Below, piece by piece: positions 1 to 10,372 of a DNA stretch of 64,000 bases (within the stretch, counting starts at the first letter, position 1; each line of letters opens with the position of its first letter). The translations under genes and the position numbers were made by a program. Under the pieces are notes generated by a model. The model saw nothing but the letters and a program-made list of their open reading frames with translations, did not search any database and was not told the origin of the DNA. Origin of the DNA: a virus; IMG/VR virus record IMGVR_UViG_3300003873_000002, positions 32,001 through 96,000 of that record; one strand, given 5' to 3'.

Positions 1-1
1 C

Positions 2-1288
2 AAGGTTGGTGTTGCTGACTTAGTTTCTTTAGGTCAACAGCTTGAAAACTTCGAATCATACGTAAATTTCAGTGAAGCTAATGGGTCTATTGCTGACTTG
101 GGTGTTATCCCTAACATCGGTATTGACGTAATTACTGCATCCGCTGCTCAATCCGCTGTCCCTTTAATGGCTGCTGTCCAACCAATTAACGAATCACAAG
201 GTACTATTTACTTTAAAAACATCGTTGCTGCAAGCACACGTGGTAATGTATCAAATGGTCAAACACTTTTATCAGCTAAATCTGGTCGTAGAGCTTCGGC
301 TAACGGTTATGCTGGTGAAGAAGTATTTGGCGAAGATTCTGGTGCAACCCCTGATGATAAGACCAAGACATTTAATTTTGCACTAGGTGAAGCACCAGTA
401 AGAGCCCGTTTTGTGCAAGTTACTATCCCAGGCACTGACGTAGAATTAGTTGATAACGGTAAAGGTGACTTAATTGGTGTAGGTGGTTCTGGATCTGTTA
501 ACTATGATTCAGGTGATGTGGCAGTTACATTCAACAAAGCACCTGCTAAAGGTACATCAATCGTTTCTTCTTATACCACTAACTTCGAAGTTATGAATGA
601 AATCCCAACTATCCGTTCTGAGTATGAGTCTGTAGGGATCCGCGCAAGAACTTTCGCACTACGTGCTGATATTGGTTTATTCAAGTCATTTGAACTTACC
701 AAACGTTTCGGTGAAAGCGCAAACGAATCAATTGCCAAAGATTTAACTACAGAATTAACTGCTGAAGTTTCTAACGCAGTTGTTGCTGAAGCTTATATGA
801 ACGCAACTGATACAGTTACTTGGGATCAAACACCTCCTTCACCAACTATTTCATATACAGAGCATAAGTTGACTTTCTTTGATGCAATTGCAAACGCAGA
901 AAGTAAAATTTTGTTATCTTCTGGTCGTTCATCTTCACAATCAGTACTTGTTGCTTCATCAGCAGCCGCTGCTATTATCCGTACATTACCTGGATTTATT
1001 CCAGCAGATGTTACCTCAAACGCAGCTGGAGCACATTTCTTCGGTACTTTAGATGGTAAACCTGTTATCCGTTCAATGACAATTCCTGGTAAAGAAATTC
1101 TTTATATTTCTAAGGGTGGCACAATGTTTGATAATTCAATCGTATATGCACCTTATATGCCATTAATGGTCACACAAATGATGAATGGTCAAGACCACAA
1201 CCCATTAAAATCACAAAAAGCTGTTGCTTTGCAAGCTGGTGTTAAAGCGGTTGTACCTCAAATGATTACTAAAATCGTTATCAAATAA
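2..1288 (+). CDS. Major capsid protein (T4 gp23-like), 5' truncated by the window edge
   Basis: Frame is open from position 2 (KVGVADLVSLGQQLENFESY...). Motifs VQPINESQGTIYF, RARTFALR and IVYAPYMPL resemble gp23 VQPM..PTG, K.R.L.A and YAPYV.L. Codon usage looks high-expression; a terminator follows. Confidence 0.85.
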   Translation, partial: KVGVADLVSLGQQLENFESYVNFSEANGSIADLGVIPNIGIDVITASAAQSAVPLMAAVQPINESQGTIYFKNIVAASTRGNVSNGQTLLSAKSGRRASANGYAGEEVFGEDSGATPDDKTKTFNFALGEAPVRARFVQVTIPGTDVELVDNGKGDLIGVGGSGSVNYDSGDVAVTFNKAPAKGTSIVSSYTTNFEVMNEIPTIRSEYESVGIRARTFALRADIGLFKSFELTKRFGESANESIAKDLTTELTAEVSNAVVAEAYMNATDTVTWDQTPPSPTISYTEHKLTFFDAIANAESKILLSSGRSSSQSVLVASSAAAAIIRTLPGFIPADVTSNAAGAHFFGTLDGKPVIRSMTIPGKEILYISKGGTMFDNSIVYAPYMPLMVTQMMNGQDHNPLKSQKAVALQAGVKAVVPQMITKIVIK

Positions 1289-1300
1289 TCATTTTTTATT

Positions 1301-1330
1301 AAATTGTCACCTCGGTGGCAATTTTTTATT
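1301..1330 (+). terminator. Intrinsic terminator after the capsid gene
   Basis: aaattgtcac-ctcg-gtggcaattt hairpin followed by a T-tract. Confidence 0.7.
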
Positions 1331-1513
1331 TTGACTTGCTTTAGTTTATTATTAATTATTAATTTATTAACTGTTTTTAACTGTTTTTAACTGTTTTTAA
1401 AATATTGTCAAATATGTAATTAAATAATACTGATAATATCGATAATAAATTAAAGCACAGCAAGTCAAAATAAAAAATTGTATTGTGAATGAATGTTAAA
1501 AAAGGAATAATCA

Positions 1514-1933
1514 ATGTCAAATAAAATTTATTTTAAAAATAATTCAGATGGCCAAGCCGTCGTCAAAATCAATAATAAAATTATTGTTTTTGGTAGTAAT
1601 GAAATTAAAGAACTTTTTATTAGAAAACAAGATATTGTTGTATACCCAACCAATTGTTTTACAACATCAAAATTAAAAATTGATCCTGTTTATAAAGATG
1701 TTGAACAAAATGAAGATCTAAATACCAAATCTATTCAAAACAAGCAACAAAACACACAGACTGAGCCACAAAAGAATACATGTGCTGAGGATACCACGAA
1801 AGTAAAACAGACAACAACTAAAAAAACTAAAGTTGGTGTGAAAAGAGTACAAACAGTGGGCAATTCTAAAACAACTAAAACAACTAAAACAACTAAAACA
1901 ACCAACACAACCAACACAACTGATACAAAATAA
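1514..1933 (+). CDS. Hypothetical protein with Thr/Lys-rich low-complexity C-terminus
   Basis: AAGGA SD, 139 aa; tail built from 9-bp tandem repeats. Confidence 0.7.
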   Translation: MSNKIYFKNNSDGQAVVKINNKIIVFGSNEIKELFIRKQDIVVYPTNCFTTSKLKIDPVYKDVEQNEDLNTKSIQNKQQNTQTEPQKNTCAEDTTKVKQTTTKKTKVGVKRVQTVGNSKTTKTTKTTKTTNTTNTTDTK

Positions 1934-1949
1934 TATTAGGAATAATAAA

Positions 1950-2570
1950 ATGAAAAAACTTATCAAAGATATATATGGTGTACTTAAAGAAGATAATAGA
2001 ATCGAAGTAAGTATGGCAGATAATGTAGTAACTATTAAAGAAAAAGAAAACGAAAAACAAACCAAAACGGAAAGCACTTCTGAATCATTAAATATCAATG
2101 ATTATATTAAATTATTTGAGCCAACTGCGATTTTAACAGATACACCCGATGGGTTTAATATTGAGCCAAAAACTCGCACACCGTTAAAATTAATGGTTAT
2201 TCTATATGCACTGTTTGATGATAAATATGATTTTAAAGTAGATAAAAATCTACTGCATGTTACTCCAAAAAAAGACAAATCAGAAAGTGTGCAACCCGAT
2301 TCATCAGATAAAAACGTAGATAAAAACGTAGATAAAAACGTAGATGAATCTGATGTTGATATTTCAGTAATTGCAACAGCAATTGTGGAGTCACATGATG
2401 TTTTGGGTGCAAAAATAGAGAGCATCACTATTACGGATGATAATACTATTGAGGTTTACACAGAACAGTTGGACTTATTTAGTGCTAATTTTGAACAATT
2501 AGGTTATAACAACCTTATTATTAATTTATATGATGATAAAGCTATCATCGAAAAAATAGAGAGCAAATAA
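1950..2570 (+). CDS. Hypothetical acidic protein, possible internal head protein
   Basis: AGGA SD, 206 aa, located between capsid and neck genes. Confidence 0.65.
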   Translation: MKKLIKDIYGVLKEDNRIEVSMADNVVTIKEKENEKQTKTESTSESLNINDYIKLFEPTAILTDTPDGFNIEPKTRTPLKLMVILYALFDDKYDFKVDKNLLHVTPKKDKSESVQPDSSDKNVDKNVDKNVDESDVDISVIATAIVESHDVLGAKIESITITDDNTIEVYTEQLDLFSANFEQLGYNNLIINLYDDKAIIEKIESK

Positions 2571-2572
2571 AA

Positions 2573-3190
2573 ATGAAAATTATTGATAACCGCAAAAAAA
2601 ACGGATTTTACGCACCACAAAAACAGGATGCCATTGATTCACTTGTTAAAGAAGGTTATGTTGTGTTAACCAACGAAGAATTTGAACGAGTTAATAAGGC
2701 AGTATCTGATAAAATTGGCGAAGGCCACTCTGAAATGAATATTGTTGATGCACAGTCATTGCTTGAATCAAAAGGTTATACCGTACTCACACAAGATGAA
2801 TTAGATCTTATAGAAGATCAAATTCAGGAATGGAAAGACAAAGAAATTAAAAAATTGCTCGCTAAAGAAGAACCTAAAGAAGAACCTAAAGATGGGTCTA
2901 AAGAAGAACCTAAAGAAGAACCTAAAGATGGGTCTAAAGAAGAACCTAAAGAAGAGTCTAAAGAAGAGTCTAAAGAAGAGTCTAAAGAAGAGTCTAAAGA
3001 AGAGTCTAAAGAAGAGTCTAAAGAAGAGTCTAAAGAAGAGTCTAAAGAAGAGTCTAAAGAAGAATCTAAAGAAGAATCTAAAGTAAGTGTTGTTGAATCG
3101 CGCTTAAACAATCTAATTGGCACCAAAATCACAGAAGATTCGTCAAAATCAGATAAAGTGGCATATTTAAACTCACTTTTAAAAAGTTAA
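2573..3190 (+). CDS. Acidic protein with EEPK/EESK repeats, possible prohead core/internal protein
   Basis: 205-aa ORF in the operon; contains a 12-bp tandem array. Confidence 0.65.
   Translation: MKIIDNRKKNGFYAPQKQDAIDSLVKEGYVVLTNEEFERVNKAVSDKIGEGHSEMNIVDAQSLLESKGYTVLTQDELDLIEDQIQEWKDKEIKKLLAKEEPKEEPKDGSKEEPKEEPKDGSKEEPKEESKEESKEESKEESKEESKEESKEESKEESKEESKEESKEESKVSVVESRLNNLIGTKITEDSSKSDKVAYLNSLLKS
2864..3082 (+). repeat. 12-bp tandem array (aaagaagagtct-like, ~18 units) encoding EEPK/DGSK/EESK
   Basis: Directly visible in the sequence. Confidence 0.95.
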
Positions 3191-3196
3191 TAATAT

Positions 3197-3781
3197 ATGA
3201 CACTTGAAGAATTAAACGCATTTGTTTTGGTAAACTCAAACCAATACTATATTGGTGAATCTAATGTAGAAGTGGATCTTCAGGTGTTGGATGGTATTGC
3301 AAACAGGGCAATAGGTATTTTTGGTAATTATAGACCATCAATACAATTTGCTCTTGTTGATATACAAAGCCAAGAAACAAAATTAGCAGACTATAATGGT
3401 GTGCCTATTTTGGATATTTCTGATTTATATGTCACACATCCATTATTAACTGAAGTACCGATTAAGGTGCAATCACATTGGAAATATCTTAAAGATAATA
3501 ATACATTATATACCACAATGTTAACCGGCAAATATTATGCCAAAATGTTTACGTTGCCCACATTGTGCGATATCCAACTTTCAGAAACACAATTCTTGAA
3601 TATAGTGATTGGGTTATATCTTCAATATGTTGGATCGGTTAGAAAAGGGTTTACACTAAATGATATTCCTATTTCAAACGATGGTGCTGAATTATATGCA
3701 AAAGGCGAAGAGCTGGTAGCAAAGGCAATTGAAGATTTGCAATCTTTTGATTCGACTTGGTATATGGCAGTAGAGGATTAA
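3197..3781 (+). CDS. Putative neck/head-tail adaptor (gp13-like)
   Basis: Position; C-terminal F...DIPISNDGAELY..GEE pattern like myovirus neck proteins. Confidence 0.55.
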   Translation: MTLEELNAFVLVNSNQYYIGESNVEVDLQVLDGIANRAIGIFGNYRPSIQFALVDIQSQETKLADYNGVPILDISDLYVTHPLLTEVPIKVQSHWKYLKDNNTLYTTMLTGKYYAKMFTLPTLCDIQLSETQFLNIVIGLYLQYVGSVRKGFTLNDIPISNDGAELYAKGEELVAKAIEDLQSFDSTWYMAVED

Positions 3782-3811
3782 TTATGGTATATAAATACGT
3801 AGGTATCACAT

Positions 3812-4003
3812 ATGAAAATTGATGAGGGCATTTTAAGCCTGGTTGTAAATACACTGAAATTTAACGCTGTTGTTTTACAAAGAGGGAATTTTATTACTTT
3901 GAGAGTAAAATTACCATTTTCAAAATCAGATATATCAATAAGCGTTCAAAAAGAAACATTCAAACAATTTAAAGAATGGATAAACAGTATTGAAAACGTT
4001 TAA
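3812..4003 (+). CDS. Small hypothetical protein
   Basis: AGGT SD, 63 aa, followed by a terminator. Confidence 0.55.
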   Translation: MKIDEGILSLVVNTLKFNAVVLQRGNFITLRVKLPFSKSDISISVQKETFKQFKEWINSIENV

Positions 4004-4047
4004 CCGGTTAATCCGTTAATCGTTTAATAGTTATACTAGGATTATTT

Positions 4048-4069
4048 AAGCCCCTTAGGGGGTTTATTT
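4048..4069 (+). terminator. Intrinsic terminator
   Basis: aagcccc-tta-gggggttt followed by T-rich sequence. Confidence 0.6.
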
Positions 4070-4138
4070 ATATAATTAATATAAAACTCATTAACATATT
4101 AACACCAATATGATTATTAATTAAACAGTAGGTATCAT

Positions 4139-4711
4139 ATGTTACATTTAATCACAACATCACTTCAAAACGCAACTAAAATCTCTATAGGGATAAATAC
4201 GAAGCTTTTTGGTATAAACTGCAAAATATATTACCCTCAACATATCGGGTTATATGCAGGTCAACACGATGACGTAACATACAACGATACTGAAGATGAT
4301 GAATTATTGCTCCTAATACCAACACTATTATCTCAAATAAACGAATCAAAAGGTGTATATGATAATTTATCAGTTGATGAATTTATTTGTTACACAAATC
4401 AAACTGTAAATTTTCCAAGGCATACAAAAATTGTTGCTATGTCAGAAAATAACGGCGATGTTTCATTTAAGGTAGAAAACACAGAAACAATTAACACGCA
4501 TGTGGGTGAAATATTGCATATACATTCGCTATCACCATTTATGAGCATCAATAGAGCAGATAGTGAGTTAAAAGAATTGCAAGACGAACTCAGATCAGAT
4601 TATTTAGAAGATTTAAATGATTTTAAAGCAACGGACCATCAGGATATTACTGAGGTTAATAATAGTATATTAACAACACCAAGTAAACTAAAGTATAAGA
4701 AAGTTAAATAG
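4139..4711 (+). CDS. Putative head closure/neck protein (gp14-like)
   Basis: Synteny; N-terminal LFGINCKIYYP pattern. Confidence 0.45.
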   Translation: MLHLITTSLQNATKISIGINTKLFGINCKIYYPQHIGLYAGQHDDVTYNDTEDDELLLLIPTLLSQINESKGVYDNLSVDEFICYTNQTVNFPRHTKIVAMSENNGDVSFKVENTETINTHVGEILHIHSLSPFMSINRADSELKELQDELRSDYLEDLNDFKATDHQDITEVNNSILTTPSKLKYKKVK

Positions 4712-4723
4712 GTGGGGGAGTAA

Positions 4724-5500
4724 ATGCAAAACAAAATACAACACGCGATATTCCAATATCTTACAGATTATTTTGCTGAGTATGGGATAGCATTAAATTT
4801 TAGATATGATGAGGATTTAAACGTACTAGAAGAATTTAGGCGGTCAAATGAGCTTAGAATTAACAACCAAGGCACATACGAAAATCTAATTGAAAAAATA
4901 ACAACAGATGATAATGGCACCGTGCTACATAATATGGGTTTATATAATAGAACACCTATCAAAAGATCAGATGTAATAGGAAACAACCTTAATCTTGAAG
5001 TGTACTCACAATCAACTGTAGATAAGACAGAAGTAGAAATTAGAGATGCATTTTATGGTGAGGTTGGTTTCAATGTTAAAATATTATGTGATAATTATGA
5101 AGTTAGTGATATAATTGAATTATTGTATGTTGCTAACTTCTCAAACAAAACAAGCACAATTAAAGTAGATTATGATTTTGGGAGTGATGTTGAACCATTA
5201 ACTGAAGTTGAATACAATGTCACATTCAATGAAATTTCGTTTGTAGGAAAGGTCAATGAGAGTTCGCTGAGATATTTAGATTTTGATATTGATGTTTCTG
5301 GTTTATTCTTCATGCCTTATTATACAAATGAATACAAGCTTCGGGGTATTGAGCTGCATCTTATGGTTATACCTGTGGATGAAGGCATTAAATCACAAGA
5401 ACCCAGATTCGATGTATGTGATAAAAACATCCCATCAACATCTAATGAACTCACCACAGAAGAGATGAAATGGCACAAAGGGCCAGGCCATCCTAATTAA
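4724..5500 (+). CDS. Putative tail terminator/sheath stabiliser (gp15-like)
   Basis: Synteny just upstream of the sheath; 258 aa. Confidence 0.45.
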   Translation: MQNKIQHAIFQYLTDYFAEYGIALNFRYDEDLNVLEEFRRSNELRINNQGTYENLIEKITTDDNGTVLHNMGLYNRTPIKRSDVIGNNLNLEVYSQSTVDKTEVEIRDAFYGEVGFNVKILCDNYEVSDIIELLYVANFSNKTSTIKVDYDFGSDVEPLTEVEYNVTFNEISFVGKVNESSLRYLDFDIDVSGLFFMPYYTNEYKLRGIELHLMVIPVDEGIKSQEPRFDVCDKNIPSTSNELTTEEMKWHKGPGHPN

Positions 5501-5553
5501 ATAAAAACAATCAATCAGTTTGGTTGTTTTTTTACTTTATTAAAGGACAAAAA

Positions 5554-5739
5554 ATGAAAGTTAAAATTTTTAATATTTCTACAGTAATTCAATATGTTGA
5601 TCTTGTTGGTAATGAAAATGCTGATGATACAATTGTATTGGGGCCCAAAATGGGTGCAGTAGAGGTAGATTTATCTGAGACCAGATTTTTAGAATTATCT
5701 AAAGAATTTGCCAGAAAATTATCACTACGCAAATTATAA
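5554..5739 (+). CDS. Small hypothetical protein preceding the sheath
   Basis: AAGGA SD before ATG 5554 (the track start at 5524 is unlikely). Confidence 0.65.
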   Translation: MKVKIFNISTVIQYVDLVGNENADDTIVLGPKMGAVEVDLSETRFLELSKEFARKLSLRKL

Positions 5740-5757
5740 TAAAATAAGGATTATATA

Positions 5758-8298
5758 ATGGGAAGCGCAAAAATTATCTTTAAAGTGCAGGATAGATCAG
5801 CTATTGTACCATCATTAGATGGGGTATATGCAGGTATCACTGTAGTTTCAAAAAAAGGAGAGGTGAATACACCTCATTTAGTAACAAATGTAAATGAGTT
5901 AATTGATTTATATGGCACACCAGAACCAAGTTTCGGTACTTCTATGTATTCTGCATTAACTTATTTAACTGAAGGGAACAAATTATGGGTGACCAGAGCA
6001 GCACACGATGACGCCACCTTTTCATCATTAGTTGTCCGTTCTAAAATCAAGCCAGTTACAACTGACGCAACGATGCCTCTATCAAGTGAGTCAATTATTG
6101 TAAAACCTACGGGTGGGCTTACTAAAAATGATATTGATAGTTATTCATTTAATATCTACTCAACAAACAAAGTTTACGAAAAACAAAATTCAAAAATCAA
6201 AGATACATATACAAACACTAAGCGCATTTATGTTGACAGTTTGGGCTCTATTGTAGCTGGGTCAATGGTGTCATTTACAAATAAATCATTAGAGGCTTTA
6301 AATAACCCTAATGATACAACGGGTGAAGACGAAGCAACATATAAAGTTGTTGGGACAGGCGTTGATTCATTGCGTCTTGAAAAAATTTCAATCGATACAG
6401 CAATTACTGTCAAAAAAGGTGTTGAAATTTTCCAGGTAGATGACCAAGGTAAATTATTACAAATTACAGGAAACCCAACTGTAACGCGTGATGCAACGAA
6501 TGCAAAAACATTAATTTGTAAAAACACTGACTACTTAAAGCCGGGTGAAAAAATTTCAATCGATGGCACCGTTGTTATTTTCAATAAAAAATCTACGCTT
6601 GTTGAAGAATCTAGTTATATGGATTTCGCTGATTATATGTCAGTTTCAAAAAACAGCTCAGTATTTGTTGTTGTACATAGCGAGTTCGAAGAAAGAGATA
6701 ATTTATTAATCACTTCTTTGACACCAGGTGTATGGGGTAATAAAATCTCAATTGCTATTACACCCAGTAGAGATTATGCAAATGCATACAAAATAGTCGT
6801 TTACTATGATGGTATTCACGTTGAAACATGGGAAGTTACAAATGAATCATTCTTAGATGGTTTTGGCAAACAAATGTATGTTGAAGACCGCATCAATGGT
6901 TACTCTTCATATATCAATGTCGTACATAATACCGCGGATGTTGATGATAATAATGTTCCCAAAACACCATTATATACTTCATATAGCCTATGGCGTAAAA
7001 ATCCTGTAAGAGTTTTTGTTGCTACCACGAACCAAACAGTTGAAAATATTCTTGATTCTGGTAACCAAAGAGAGGTCCAATTAAACGCAGTTGATTCAAT
7101 TGATATAGGTGACTCAATTAAGTTCATGTTGTCATCTGGCAAATTATCAAAAGAATACAAAATCATGTCAATCGATGTTCCAAATACTTCATTAATTTTG
7201 GATAGACCTTCAGAAGATAATATAGCTATCGGATCGGTGTTATATTTCTTTAATACGAATAATACTAACAAGCCAGCTGGTATTGTTAATGGTATTCAAA
7301 ACTATGCAATCAAAGAAATCGACAGTGTTTTCTATAACTACCAAATGAATAAACCATTTGATATCAGTGGTGAGCATGGAGTTTTACTTGATGCAGGTGC
7401 TAACATGTCAACAGGTGGAAGCTTTGGTAGTACAGTAACAGTTTCTGATCTTATTACTGCTTTGAATACGTTATCAAATCGTGAAAATACACCAATGCAG
7501 CTATTAATGGATGGTGGTTGGACAACACCAGCATTTGCACAGGCGTGTCAAAGAGTTGCGGAATCACAGGGCATGTGTCACGCATATATCTCAGTTGACC
7601 CCAGCGCAGAGTTTAGCAACAACTATAAGAAAGCTATTGTAGACTATAAAGCATCAACCGGATTAAACACACATCTTTGTTCTATTTTTACTGGATGGGT
7701 TAAATATCTTGATACATATAACCAAAAAGAGGTTTGGGTATCGCCAGAATCATTTGCATGTGCATCACAATCTTATACTTCACGTAATTTTGAAATGTGG
7801 TATCCAGCGGCTGGTTGGAATAGAGGAAAAGTATCTGCATTAGATGTTGCAGTTAAATTCTCTGAAGGTGATAGAGATTGGTTTGTTGATAATAGAATCA
7901 ACCCAATTAGATATAAGAAAGGATCTGGATTGGTTATTTGGGGTAATGAAACTACATTAGTCAAACCAAGCCCATTACAACTCCGTTCTGTATCAATGTT
8001 GCTAATTGTTATCAAATACGGCCTTGACAAATTATTGGAATTCCAAGAATTCAACCTAGATAACGAGGCTACATGGGGACCACTTGAAACTGCTATCAAC
8101 TCGTTTATGCGCGATGATATCCAAGCCAAGGGTGGTGTATATAACTATAATCTAGCGATTAAAGATATTATCACAAAAGCTGATATTGATAATCGTAGAA
8201 TGCCTGTTTTCTTAGGCATCCAACCAACTATGGACATCAAAGAAATTCCAGTTACATTAGCTATATTCTCATCAGGTGTCGATATATCTATTAAGTAA
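5758..8298 (+). CDS. Contractile tail sheath protein with inserted domains
   Basis: Motifs GVWGNKISI, WYPAAGWNRG, INPI..KKGSGLVIWGNET and F.EFNLDNEATW. Confidence 0.93.
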   Translation: MGSAKIIFKVQDRSAIVPSLDGVYAGITVVSKKGEVNTPHLVTNVNELIDLYGTPEPSFGTSMYSALTYLTEGNKLWVTRAAHDDATFSSLVVRSKIKPVTTDATMPLSSESIIVKPTGGLTKNDIDSYSFNIYSTNKVYEKQNSKIKDTYTNTKRIYVDSLGSIVAGSMVSFTNKSLEALNNPNDTTGEDEATYKVVGTGVDSLRLEKISIDTAITVKKGVEIFQVDDQGKLLQITGNPTVTRDATNAKTLICKNTDYLKPGEKISIDGTVVIFNKKSTLVEESSYMDFADYMSVSKNSSVFVVVHSEFEERDNLLITSLTPGVWGNKISIAITPSRDYANAYKIVVYYDGIHVETWEVTNESFLDGFGKQMYVEDRINGYSSYINVVHNTADVDDNNVPKTPLYTSYSLWRKNPVRVFVATTNQTVENILDSGNQREVQLNAVDSIDIGDSIKFMLSSGKLSKEYKIMSIDVPNTSLILDRPSEDNIAIGSVLYFFNTNNTNKPAGIVNGIQNYAIKEIDSVFYNYQMNKPFDISGEHGVLLDAGANMSTGGSFGSTVTVSDLITALNTLSNRENTPMQLLMDGGWTTPAFAQACQRVAESQGMCHAYISVDPSAEFSNNYKKAIVDYKASTGLNTHLCSIFTGWVKYLDTYNQKEVWVSPESFACASQSYTSRNFEMWYPAAGWNRGKVSALDVAVKFSEGDRDWFVDNRINPIRYKKGSGLVIWGNETTLVKPSPLQLRSVSMLLIVIKYGLDKLLEFQEFNLDNEATWGPLETAINSFMRDDIQAKGGVYNYNLAIKDIITKADIDNRRMPVFLGIQPTMDIKEIPVTLAIFSSGVDISIK

Positions 8299-8389
8299 TC
8301 TTAATAAAATATGAATCAAAAATTAGTGGTTATTAATTCCAATAATTCCACTAATTTTGACAATAACAGAAATACTTTAAAGGATTAAA

Positions 8390-8923
8390 ATGAAATATTC
8401 TGCAAATAAAACAAGAAGCGGATTGGGAGAACTCCAAACTACATTACATTGGGATGTCGATGTATCTGGTGGCCCTGCTGGTAAATTCGACGAGAAATTA
8501 TCTATCAGAGTTCAAACAACAACTTTGCCAACCGCAACACATGAATATGTCCCTGTTGAATTACAAGGACATACCGTTAAATATATTGGTAAAACAACAA
8601 AAGCTGGACAAATTCCATGGACATTTGTTGAAGGTACTGACGCGTTAGTAACAAGTTACTTCATTAAATGGGCTCAAAAAGCGTGGGGTGGAGACGGCAA
8701 GGATACCACTGGAAAACAAATTAAAACATCTGAAATGAAAGCAGACATTAAAATGTATTTACGTGGCCCAGATGATGCAATAACACAAACATATACATTA
8801 ATTGGTGCAATGCCATCTATTCCTGAAGGTGCTAGTTTAGCACAGACAGCAGACCCAATGAATGTTACTATCAATTGGGATTATGATGATTTCCATATTG
8901 AAACTGGTAGTGTTAAGTGGTAA
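8390..8923 (+). CDS. Tail tube protein (gp19-like)
   Basis: Follows the sheath; 177 aa; YTLIGAMP...VTINWDYD pattern. Confidence 0.85.
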   Translation: MKYSANKTRSGLGELQTTLHWDVDVSGGPAGKFDEKLSIRVQTTTLPTATHEYVPVELQGHTVKYIGKTTKAGQIPWTFVEGTDALVTSYFIKWAQKAWGGDGKDTTGKQIKTSEMKADIKMYLRGPDDAITQTYTLIGAMPSIPEGASLAQTADPMNVTINWDYDDFHIETGSVKW

Positions 8924-8987
8924 TCTAATTTGTTTATAATTTATAATTAATTTATAATTAATTTATAATTTATTACAATTATTTTAT

Positions 8988-9011
8988 AGAGGCGCGTTGC
9001 GCCTCTTTTTT
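8988..9011 (+). terminator. Intrinsic terminator after the tube gene
   Basis: agaggcgc-gtt-gcgcctct followed by a T-run. Confidence 0.85.
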
Positions 9012-9074
9012 ATGCAAAAAATTAATTACGCTTATTTATTAAATATTAGTATAATAAAAATACATGGTTTAAAA

Positions 9075-9599
9075 ATGGCAAGGTACACATCCAATCAACT
9101 TAGAAACTTTGAAGTAGACAATTCATCTAATTGGGTCGTTTCATTTACCAGCGGTAATCAATACGTTAATATAAATAATTTAAATACTATAGCAAAACGT
9201 TTTGTGCCAGCTATTGACGTTGAATTTAATAACATTGATATCAATAAAGAATCTTTGATGCTGGGTCACGGTGTTTCATATGAATACACCACTCATATCA
9301 AACCAACGAGAACGATTACAATGACTGTTTTTGATGATACAGACAGAAAAATCCGCAATGAAATTATATCATGGGCAAATAATATACACCCTAAAAGTGA
9401 TAATGGGACAAGAGCACCAAATATGTCTCAAATTAAAAAGTTTGCCACAGTTATGAATATACATAGAATAGTTGGTGGGGAAATTGTAGACAAAGAAAGC
9501 TATAATGTGGTTCCAGATGGTAATATATCATTTAGTGGCAACCAAGAGTTTAATGCAATGTCAATACCACTTGTTTTCTTAGTGGTGGGTAAAATTTAA
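9075..9599 (+). CDS. Tube-like baseplate/tube initiator protein (gp54-like)
   Basis: Tube-fold-like ITMTVFDD...W; likely start ATG 9075, downstream of the terminator. Confidence 0.55.
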   Translation: MARYTSNQLRNFEVDNSSNWVVSFTSGNQYVNINNLNTIAKRFVPAIDVEFNNIDINKESLMLGHGVSYEYTTHIKPTRTITMTVFDDTDRKIRNEIISWANNIHPKSDNGTRAPNMSQIKKFATVMNIHRIVGGEIVDKESYNVVPDGNISFSGNQEFNAMSIPLVFLVVGKI

Positions 9600-9643
9600 A
9601 TGCTCAAAATAGATGTGAAATGAGAGGAAGTGAGAGGAAGTGA

Positions 9644-10372
9644 ATGAAAACGGCAGAATATAAATCAGAAAAAACCAACAAAATGCATGAATATGTTGTT
9701 ATTGATCAACTACCATCGGGTTTTAGATCATATAATAATATTAAACATGTGTATGTGCGTGGGTTATTTTATGAAGAAGTGTTAGCTCTTTCTAAGTATA
9801 TTGGTGACGGTGATGCACCATTAGCACAGCTGGCAAATATTTATAGTGATGTTATTAAAGGTATTGATATCTATGATTTGGAGATAATCGACTTTACTGC
9901 ATTATTATCAATTAGTTCCGTATGGACTTCAGATTCGTTTGGTTGGACACCAAATATCCCATGTGCATGTGATGGGTGTGATGGAATTATTACTAGTAAG
10001 ATTATATTAGATGATTTTGATTTCAGTGACCCCGTTATCAAAGCAAATATCCCATATAATATAGGTGGCAAGGATGTACTTATTGGACCGATTACAGTTG
10101 GTGATGAAATTGAAAAAAATAGATATCTAGAAGGCCATGAAGATATACACAAAAATATCATGACATTTGCTCTTATGATTAAATCCAATGAAATGGATTT
10201 AGAAGAAAAGATAGATGCTATTAGGTTCGCGGATCCAATACAAATAAAAGAAATATCTGAACTTGAACGCGAATTGTTTATTTCAATTAAACCAGTAATC
10301 AAAAAATGCCCTAAATGTGGCCACGAAAATAAGGTATATGTTGGGCTCGATAAAATTCGAGCCTTTCCCTAG
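9644..10372 (+). CDS. Baseplate hub/tail assembly chaperone (gp26-like) with two Cys clusters
   Basis: LPSG..Y, C..C.GC and CPKCG motifs; lies before the tape measure gene. Confidence 0.7.
   Translation: MKTAEYKSEKTNKMHEYVVIDQLPSGFRSYNNIKHVYVRGLFYEEVLALSKYIGDGDAPLAQLANIYSDVIKGIDIYDLEIIDFTALLSISSVWTSDSFGWTPNIPCACDGCDGIITSKIILDDFDFSDPVIKANIPYNIGGKDVLIGPITVGDEIEKNRYLEGHEDIHKNIMTFALMIKSNEMDLEEKIDAIRFADPIQIKEISELERELFISIKPVIKKCPKCGHENKVYVGLDKIRAFP

Noticed and set aside
1718-3132. Antisense and alternate-frame ORFs (1718-2098, 1735-1917, 2102-2428, 2824-3132, 2892-3086) and similar ORFs throughout
   Set aside because: Shadows of real genes and of stop-free tandem repeats, with no independent support
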